A DNA stretch of 62,456 nt from an uncultured Candidatus Saccharibacteria bacterium (GTDB lineage: Bacteria > Patescibacteriota > Saccharimonadia > Saccharimonadales > JAGQNJ01), in assembly GCA_964426845.1 (NCBI GenBank), contig CAYRSA010000005.1:52478-114933 (forward strand), in the 5' to 3' direction. The notes beneath the pieces were generated by a model. The model searched no databases, was not told the DNA's origin, and was given only the letters and a program-made list of their open reading frames with translations. The first letter of the stretch is position 1; each line of letters starts with the position of its first letter. The position numbers and the translations under genes were made by a program. Below, piece by piece: positions 54,120 to 60,760 of the stretch.

Positions 54120-55898
54120 CTACCAGCCCCCGCCTCCGCCTCCGCCTCCGCCGCCACCCGAGAAACCACCACCGCCAGAAAATCCACTAGAACTCGAACT
54201 CGAGGGTGGGCTGAAGTTGACAGTTGAGGCGGCCGTGAAACTCGATAATGATGAGGCTAGATAAGCAGTGTTAAAGGTACTCCAGTTACCGTGATACCAA
54301 TCTGGTGGCTGTTGATATATGTCCTGAAATTCGGCTGCCCAGGATTTTTCCAGACCAAACAACATAGCATAGGGCAGGAGTGACTCAAACAGCTTTATTT
54401 TGGCCTTGTTGTCTTTCATGACACGCTCGGCGCCCTTTACGCTTTGCAGAAACTCCAGGCGGTCTTTCTCGGCCATCCTTATGAAGTCCTTGACTCCCAG
54501 TAGATACTCTTTAGTCTCGACCCCTTTAGGAGTCCTAGCCGGCATGGCTGCGTTGGTAATAAACAAAATTATGGCGCTTATCACCAGGCCGATGCCTAGT
54601 GGAATACCTACAACAGTAAATGAAATGACAAAGCCAAACACCAACAGCAGAACCGCAGGAGTCACGAAGTATTTGCGGGCCTTGTGGGGATCGACCACAA
54701 AATATCCGCTGTCTGTCGCTAACCCGGTAACCGTCTTGCCCAGAGCCGCAACCTCAGTGTAGACATTCGTTTTTAGGTCTTTGAGCTTTACTGTATCGCC
54801 GCTGGTTGGGTTAGGTCCAAAGAATATTCTCAGCACGTCCATTTGGTCCTTCTTCAGTCCGGTTGGCGCCTTGACCAGCTCCAACTCGAATTCAGTCTTA
54901 TCCTTCAATATCTTTTTGGTAACTGTTTCGCTGATAATTACATACTTCCCTACAGCTAAATCAATAATTGTAGCCGTGATAGCCTTATTGCTAAGCCTTT
55001 CATTTAGCACCACATCGCTTATTGCCACTGTTATATCTTTAGGAGCTTGGTACTGGGGCACTATTATGCCCTTGCCCTTGGGATCTCGGCCGGTTTTGCG
55101 CCACTTTGCAATAACAATAACCAAGGTAATCATTGGCGGCAAAACTACTCCTCCAATAATTGCCAAGATCAGTAGCAAGGCTAGTAACTCGGCTATTCTA
55201 TCTGGTTTGAATACACCTTTATTAAAACCAACTACCATAGTCAGTGTTTCGTAGCCACTTAGTGCGTTTTGGGTGGTCGTAGTGATGATCGTTTCATCTT
55301 CACCCTTCGTCACCGTCATGTCACAATCTCTTTGTTCTGCTTGGTATGGCCCGGCAAAACAATCGATCATGTTATTTCGCTGAGCGTCTATACTTTCCGG
55401 TAGGTGCAGACGAGCGGTCACCGACCCAAAGGTTTGTGGCCACTGATCGCCGTTTACATCCCAGTACAGCTCGTCATAATCCTTGTAGAAGCTGATGACA
55501 TTCTCTAAGTTATAAGTGATGACATAAGTATTGAGCCCTTGGACATACCTGTCGGCATCACCAATCCGAAGTACTAAGTTGCCGCTATCAGAGTAGTCAG
55601 TGAATTCATATGGGGTTCCAACCTCGTCTGTAACCGAAGCTACATCAATCGACACGGTCTGGTCTTTGTATTCCTTGGGGATAGCTCTGAGGATGCCGTG
55701 GTTTTGATTATAATTCGGGAACTCAGCTGTGATTTTTTCTATCACCTTCATGGTACTAACATTTTTATCTGTTTTGCTGAGGTAGTAATCAGCCTCGAAT
55801 GACCGAATAGTAAAATTCTGAGTATTCTGAGCCGAGGCTATGGGTGTCGCCAATAACACCGAAAAAGCTACAACCAGTAAGAATAGTAACCGCCGCAT
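54120..55898 (-). CDS. DUF2207-like membrane protein with a poly-Gly C-terminal tail
   Basis: 592 aa with a signal peptide, a large ectodomain and several TM segments. The C-terminus reads SSSSSGFSGGGGFSGGGGGGGGGGGW. Confidence 0.75.
   Translation of the reverse strand: MRRLLFLLVVAFSVLLATPIASAQNTQNFTIRSFEADYYLSKTDKNVSTMKVIEKITAEFPNYNQNHGILRAIPKEYKDQTVSIDVASVTDEVGTPYEFTDYSDSGNLVLRIGDADRYVQGLNTYVITYNLENVISFYKDYDELYWDVNGDQWPQTFGSVTARLHLPESIDAQRNNMIDCFAGPYQAEQRDCDMTVTKGEDETIITTTTQNALSGYETLTMVVGFNKGVFKPDRIAELLALLLILAIIGGVVLPPMITLVIVIAKWRKTGRDPKGKGIIVPQYQAPKDITVAISDVVLNERLSNKAITATIIDLAVGKYVIISETVTKKILKDKTEFELELVKAPTGLKKDQMDVLRIFFGPNPTSGDTVKLKDLKTNVYTEVAALGKTVTGLATDSGYFVVDPHKARKYFVTPAVLLLVFGFVISFTVVGIPLGIGLVISAIILFITNAAMPARTPKGVETKEYLLGVKDFIRMAEKDRLEFLQSVKGAERVMKDNKAKIKLFESLLPYAMLFGLEKSWAAEFQDIYQQPPDWYHGNWSTFNTAYLASSLSSFTAASTVNFSPPSSSSSSGFSGGGGFSGGGGGGGGGGGW
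54132..54149. repeat. Hexanucleotide tandem repeat (gcctcc)x3 within an 11-codon Gly run
   Basis: Read directly from the sequence: gcctccgcctccgcctcc. It encodes part of the terminal poly-Gly of the DUF2207-like protein. Confidence 0.9.
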
Positions 55899-55915
55899 TT
55901 AGCCCCTATTATAAA

Positions 55916-58900
55916 CTACTTGCCAGAGATATAAACTTTGCGCCTGAGCAAAATATAAAGGCCGGTTGTAACTGATGTCACGGCAATCGCCACGACAAGC
56001 AGAGCCTTTATTCCGGTGTCAGCTAGGTTGATAGTGCCCGATGAGCCACCACCCGAGCCGCCAGTGGCAGCCTCGAGCGTCGCCAGTAAGTTTGCAGAAA
56101 ACTCACTAGAGTGACCAAAGCCGTCGGTGCTATTATCAGTCATAGTGGTAACTGCTGATATATATTTTGCTCCACTAACACCCGCAGGTAACGTCAGGTT
56201 GGCAACAGCGTTAGTGACATCACCGGTCACGGTCGTGGCACCGAGGTATGTCTGGCCCTGTCCATTGCCACTTGCGTCCGGACTGTCGTTAGCAAAGAAC
56301 TCAACCCTGTAACCGGTGGCTCCGACTTCAGCATCATTAATATCAAGGCTATAGGTAATGGTTGCTTGGCCATTATCAGAAGTTACACTTGATATGACCG
56401 GGTAGTTAATATAACGGTTAGCTGGTGTGTCGGGATCACCAGCGTCATTAGCGTTAACACCAACGTTTACAAATGTCGTGAAATCACCGGTTGGATTATC
56501 AAACAGGTCAATCCCTAAATTGAGACCAAGGCCCTGAAAGCTTCCCCCGCTATTGGAATAAATGCTGTTGCCTAAGAAGCTATTGTTCAGCGGAAGAAGC
56601 CCAGTGCCCGAGATACCAAAGGATGCTATCCCAGCCCCGTTACCAGCAATTATGTTGCCAGTCCCGGCAGCTGTGCCTCCGACCAAACTGTTTAGAGAAT
56701 CTAGCAATATCACCATTCCTAGATCATTACCAAAGCCTGACTGGACTTCTCCATTGGTATTGGTGCCGATGTAATTGCCTTGGACTATATTATTAGAGCT
56801 ACTACCGCCTCCGAAGGCTGTAAGACCTATTATTATAACGCCAGGTGCCGTAGAGTTACCCGAGATAACGTTTCGAGCAGCCGCCGTCGTGCCCCCAAGA
56901 GTATTATTATTACCCCCAATATTTACGGCAGCATTGTTGGCGTTACCGTTAGGCAGGGCAGCCGTGCCGGCGACATTCAGCCCTATGTAATTGCCCTGGA
57001 TTGTTGATCCACCAGCAGCAGCGACTCCCCGACCATTGTTACCAGAGATAATATTTCTAGAACCCGAAGTCGTACCACCAACTGTCATGTTATAGCCTTC
57101 TATACCGTCGGTGGTATTGCCAAGGTCACTCATACCGTCCGCGCTTGTACCAATGTAGTTACCGCGGATAGTAATGCCAGTAACGCTGGACGCGATGCTG
57201 ATACCATCAACACCGTTGCCAGAAATAATGTTACGCTGGCCACTGTCCACTCCCCCGACTACCACATCACTTGCGTCGGTGTAAATACCATCCGAAGTGT
57301 TGCCAACCGCAGCCGTGCCGGCGGCGTTGGTGCCGATGTAGTTAGCCTGGATAGTACTTGCTGTGCTGGTACTTGTTAAAAATACACCTTCATTACCATT
57401 ACCAGATATGACGTTTCGACTAGCAGAGGTGCTTCCACCAATCGTAGTAGAGGCTGCTGAAGTTTCGATTCCATCGTCATCATTACCCCGGTCTAATGTT
57501 CCGCCGGCATCGAGCCCAATGATATTCCCCTGGATAGTTGAGTTTGTAGATGTTGACCCTAGGACAATACCATTCAGACCATTACCAGAGATGACATTAC
57601 CCTCACCGCTGGTCGTGCCGCCAATAGTCACTGCTGGAGCCAATGAATTAACAGCGATGCCGTTATCATCATTCCCAAGGTCTGCCGTGCCGGCTGCGCT
57701 AAGCCCAATTGTATTGCCTTGGATAATGGTGCCTGTTGTCCCAGCTGAACTGACCACAACCCCATTATCTCCGTTACCAGAGATGACGTTTCCGTGCCCA
57801 CTGGTTCCGCTCCCAATAGTAGTGTTGTCAGTCCCGTTGAGTACACTAATACCATCGCTACCATTACCAATGTCCACCGCCCCAGTTGAGTCGGTACCAA
57901 TATAATTACCGATAATCTGGTTAGCGTTTGTTGTAGCATCTGTCACCAGTATTCCGTCGTCACCATTACCGGATATCACATTGCGTTCGGCGGCAGTATC
58001 ACCGCCAACAACATTACTATCAGAATCATTGAATATTCTTATCCCCCAGTTTGTGTTCCCTAGGTCCGCATCGCCAGCAGCATTCAATCCGATGTAGTTG
58101 CTACTAATGGTGTTATTATCCGACTCTTCCATCGAGATGCCCTCACTGTTACCAGCTATAACATTGCGAGCCGATGTGGTGGTCCCGCCAATTGCAGCAC
58201 CAGACGATTGGTAAAGATAAATTCCCCTGCCATCGTTTGCAACTGTGGCTGTCCCGGCTGCATTGAGCCCAACATAATTGCCTTGAATAGTGTTGTTATC
58301 CGAAGCTCCAGTGCTAATACCGGCAGAGCCATTACCCGAGACAATATTTCTAGCGGCTGAGGTGTTTCCACCGATTGTGTTGCCGGAGTTGTTTTGAACT
58401 ACCAGGCCATCAGCGCTATTGCCCAAATCGGTTGAGCCATCGTTGCCGATGCCTATGTAATTACCTTGGACTGTGTTGGTAATCGATCCTTCTATAAGAG
58501 CTATCCCTGAACTGGAATTGCCTGATACGACATTTTGTGCACCACTAGTTGTTCCGCCAATTTGAGTGTTGTCACCACCAGTTACCATAATTCCGCCAGT
58601 GCCATTGCCTATTGCCGCGTTTCCAGTAGCATTTGTGCCGATCAGATTACCTTGTATAACACCGTTATCGGCTGCGTCAGTCTGGAATTGGACACCCCGT
58701 GCCGTATTACCAGATATTAAATTTCGGTCCTCAGGATCTGTTCCACCAACTACAGGGCCGGAGACCTGAGACATAATGCCGTGACTACCGTTAGCATCCG
58801 CAGCCAGACCGTTAACACTGGTGCCTATGTAATTGCCCTCAAATCGGGCATTGATTCCACCAGAAAATGCCTGAAGCGCATTCCCAACAGCCCCGTTAAC

Positions 58901-59332
58901 AACTAAACCACGAACCGTGACATCAGAACCAGTAATTGATATGGGAGCTCCGGCACTACTAAGATCGATCTCAATCATCAGTGTACCGTTTAGGGCTTGT
59001 GGAGCTGGATTAGTATTGGCTGAGGCACCAGTTTCAGTGTAGCCGTCAATAATAACTGACTGGGTAATATCGGGCAGGGCGCTAGTTGGTGTGATGGTGT
59101 GCGGCCCAGCCCCGGCGATGTCAAATTCAATAGTATCGCCGGTGCCACTACCGGCCGTACAGCCACCAACAGCCGTGTCAGTGTTTGAGGACTGGATTGC
59201 TTCGCGCAGCGTACAGCCAGTCCCGTCGTCAGTTGCCGAGTCTACCGTAATGGTTGAGGCCGCGCTGACTCCAGTAATGTGCCTCACAAGTAACACCCCG
59301 CTTGCCACTGCAAACAGTATGGACAGAACCAC
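55916..59332 (-). CDS. Large cell-surface beta-helix repeat protein with a CSLREA-like N-terminal motif and an LAxTG-type sorting signal
   Basis: 1138 aa. CTLREAI lies at aa 40-46. There are 12 copies of [RG]N[VIL][VI][SA]GN, mostly spaced 59-64 aa apart, within GNYIG...GI...NTIGG modules. The C-terminus has LADTG, a hydrophobic segment and RRK. The true start may be ATT at 59359. Confidence 0.85.
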   Translation of the reverse strand: MVLSILFAVASGVLLVRHITGVSAASTITVDSATDDGTGCTLREAIQSSNTDTAVGGCTAGSGTGDTIEFDIAGAGPHTITPTSALPDITQSVIIDGYTETGASANTNPAPQALNGTLMIEIDLSSAGAPISITGSDVTVRGLVVNGAVGNALQAFSGGINARFEGNYIGTSVNGLAADANGSHGIMSQVSGPVVGGTDPEDRNLISGNTARGVQFQTDAADNGVIQGNLIGTNATGNAAIGNGTGGIMVTGGDNTQIGGTTSGAQNVVSGNSSSGIALIEGSITNTVQGNYIGIGNDGSTDLGNSADGLVVQNNSGNTIGGNTSAARNIVSGNGSAGISTGASDNNTIQGNYVGLNAAGTATVANDGRGIYLYQSSGAAIGGTTTSARNVIAGNSEGISMEESDNNTISSNYIGLNAAGDADLGNTNWGIRIFNDSDSNVVGGDTAAERNVISGNGDDGILVTDATTNANQIIGNYIGTDSTGAVDIGNGSDGISVLNGTDNTTIGSGTSGHGNVISGNGDNGVVVSSAGTTGTIIQGNTIGLSAAGTADLGNDDNGIAVNSLAPAVTIGGTTSGEGNVISGNGLNGIVLGSTSTNSTIQGNIIGLDAGGTLDRGNDDDGIETSAASTTIGGSTSASRNVISGNGNEGVFLTSTSTASTIQANYIGTNAAGTAAVGNTSDGIYTDASDVVVGGVDSGQRNIISGNGVDGISIASSVTGITIRGNYIGTSADGMSDLGNTTDGIEGYNMTVGGTTSGSRNIISGNNGRGVAAAGGSTIQGNYIGLNVAGTAALPNGNANNAAVNIGGNNNTLGGTTAAARNVISGNSTAPGVIIIGLTAFGGGSSSNNIVQGNYIGTNTNGEVQSGFGNDLGMVILLDSLNSLVGGTAAGTGNIIAGNGAGIASFGISGTGLLPLNNSFLGNSIYSNSGGSFQGLGLNLGIDLFDNPTGDFTTFVNVGVNANDAGDPDTPANRYINYPVISSVTSDNGQATITYSLDINDAEVGATGYRVEFFANDSPDASGNGQGQTYLGATTVTGDVTNAVANLTLPAGVSGAKYISAVTTMTDNSTDGFGHSSEFSANLLATLEAATGGSGGGSSGTINLADTGIKALLVVAIAVTSVTTGLYILLRRKVYISGK
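55919..56026 (-). other. C-terminal cell-wall sorting signal (LADTG, TM, RRK)
   Basis: LADTG (aa 1103-1107) is encoded at 56012-56026. It is followed by IKALLVVAIAVTSVTTGLYILL and RRKVYISGK. LAxTG is the motif used by class E sortases. Confidence 0.6.
56633..58840 (-). repeat. About 12 tandem, diverged ~180-195-bp coding modules (parallel beta-helix repeats)
   Basis: The plus strand repeats gttaccagagat/attaccagagat-like strings, which encode ISGN, at regular intervals. The matching protein motif recurs at aa 209, 272, 334, 395, 456, 520, 584, 645, 706, 765, 826 and 897. Confidence 0.8.
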
Positions 59333-59414
59333 TAATTGTCGAGCTATCTTTCTTTTAATGTCTACCCTCTCTACCGTTGTTTATTCTCACTAATTATAGC
59401 TCATAACGCTTATG

Positions 59415-59451
59415 AAAACAACTAAAATAACCCCCGCTATGCGAGGGTTAT
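59415..59451 (-). terminator. Intrinsic terminator after the Pro-rich ORF
   Basis: The hairpin ataaccccc gc / gc gagggttat (59427-59451) has one mismatch and a tat loop. On the minus strand it is followed by tttagttgtttt (59415-59426). Confidence 0.6.
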
Positions 59452-59469
59452 TGTGCGTCTAAAAAACTC

Positions 59470-59706
59470 TTAGACTGCTGGAGTTACAGGTGGGGTAGGT
59501 TCTTCGGCACCTGGAGCTGCCGGTGCAGCTGGCTCTCCGGCTGTACCATTGCCATCGCTTGGTGGCATGCTGGTGGCTGGTTCATCAGCTGGAGCTGGCA
59601 TAGGATCTGGTGCAGGAGCTGGTCCTACGCCTGGATCTGGGGCTGGGGCTGGGGCATCACCTGGTACGTTTGGATCTGCTGGTGCTGGGTTTGTTGTTGG
59701 GTCCAT
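59470..59706 (-). CDS. Hypothetical 78-aa Pro/Ala-rich acidic protein
   Basis: 25 of 78 residues are Pro, there is no Lys or Arg, and there is no hydrophobic segment. AAGGAA lies about 9 nt upstream of the ATG and a dedicated terminator lies downstream. Its low complexity keeps coding status uncertain. Confidence 0.45.
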   Translation of the reverse strand: MDPTTNPAPADPNVPGDAPAPAPDPGVGPAPAPDPMPAPADEPATSMPPSDGNGTAGEPAAPAAPGAEEPTPPVTPAV

Positions 59707-59914
59707 GTCTATTGTTCCTTGTTTATATTGTTAACAATACCTACTACTTTACATCCAAGCCGAGCAACATGCAAATGCTTTTATTACATCATTTTATAGA
59801 AAGAGCGAAACGGACCCCGTCTAGCCTTGAAGTTTTGAATCATTACTAATCTTACATTGTCTTTTTTTAGCCACAAGCGCATACTGTTACTCAGTTAAAC
59901 AAGGATATTTCGCT

Positions 59915-60760
59915 ATGCCAGAAGAAAATAATCCCCCTACTCCTCCCACACCAGTGACCCATGACGGTAAAATGCCCGAGGACATCCCTGATTCGGAGAT
60001 GCCACCGCCCCCAACTCTTGAAGATGAGACTATGCCCAAGCCCCCCAAGCTTAAGAAATCGCCCAAAGGGCTAGTGGTCGTGTTGGTAGTTTTTGGTGTT
60101 CTAATTGTAGCCGGGGCTCTAGGCTGGTTCTTCTTCATGCGTGACACCAGTCCACCGGCTCAACAGAGTACTTCACAAGAGACTGAAGTTACCGAAGCAG
60201 TCGATGATGACGTTCCCGACGCCACTAACACCGAAACCTTCACTAGCGACCCTTACCGAGTCACTTTCATGTACCCAAAGACCTGGAAAGTAACTGAGGC
60301 CAACGACAACAGCATTCTAGTTGAATCCCAAAACTTCAACTACCAAACTGTTAGTGGCGAGTCTAAAGAGGGCAACTTCCGGGTAGCTATTCGCAAAGGT
60401 GCCACCACAGCCGACAGCGACATTATCGCTAAGGGCGTGGCCATCCAGCCATCTGAGCCGCTCAAATATACCAACCCTGCTCCGGGGCAGCGCACTGAAA
60501 CCAATCTTTCCTTTTTCGGCAAGGATAATGTCGATAACTTCTCGTTCCTGCTAATCACCAGCAACTACAACCTTAAAACCGGTGATACCCTGGGCCCAGG
60601 TTTTGGCAAAGAAACCGATGCTTTCCTAATCAGCGGCGGCTACTCCGAATCCGGCCTAGAACCCGGCTTAGCCACAAACCAAGTCTCAGTACCTTTCTTC
60701 CACACCACCAACGCTTACGCTCAAGCCAACGCCATCATCCAATCTTTGCAGATTAAGTAG
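59915..60760 (+). CDS. Hypothetical single-pass membrane protein with a Pro-rich N-terminus
   Basis: 281 aa beginning MPEENNPPTPPTPV and containing MPPPPTLEDETMPKPPK. It has the TM segment LVVVLVVFGVLIVAGALGWFFF and a ~200-aa ectodomain that includes VTFMYPKTWKVTE. An AAGGA SD lies 9 nt upstream. Confidence 0.65.
   Translation: MPEENNPPTPPTPVTHDGKMPEDIPDSEMPPPPTLEDETMPKPPKLKKSPKGLVVVLVVFGVLIVAGALGWFFFMRDTSPPAQQSTSQETEVTEAVDDDVPDATNTETFTSDPYRVTFMYPKTWKVTEANDNSILVESQNFNYQTVSGESKEGNFRVAIRKGATTADSDIIAKGVAIQPSEPLKYTNPAPGQRTETNLSFFGKDNVDNFSFLLITSNYNLKTGDTLGPGFGKETDAFLISGGYSESGLEPGLATNQVSVPFFHTTNAYAQANAIIQSLQIK

Noticed and set aside
56633-58840. Regularly spaced ~185-bp repeats that at first glance resemble a repeat-spacer (CRISPR-like) array
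   Set aside because: The repeats are diverged and lie entirely inside one uninterrupted 1138-codon ORF. They encode the RNVISGN-type beta-helix modules. There are no short identical direct repeats, no leader and no cas genes.
59549-59849. Plus-strand Gly/Ala/Ser-rich ORFs (59549-59734, 59610-59849) overlapping the Pro-rich gene
   Set aside because: They are mirror images of the same low-complexity DNA. They start at non-ATG codons without SD or -10 context and have no terminator. The minus-strand frame has both signals.
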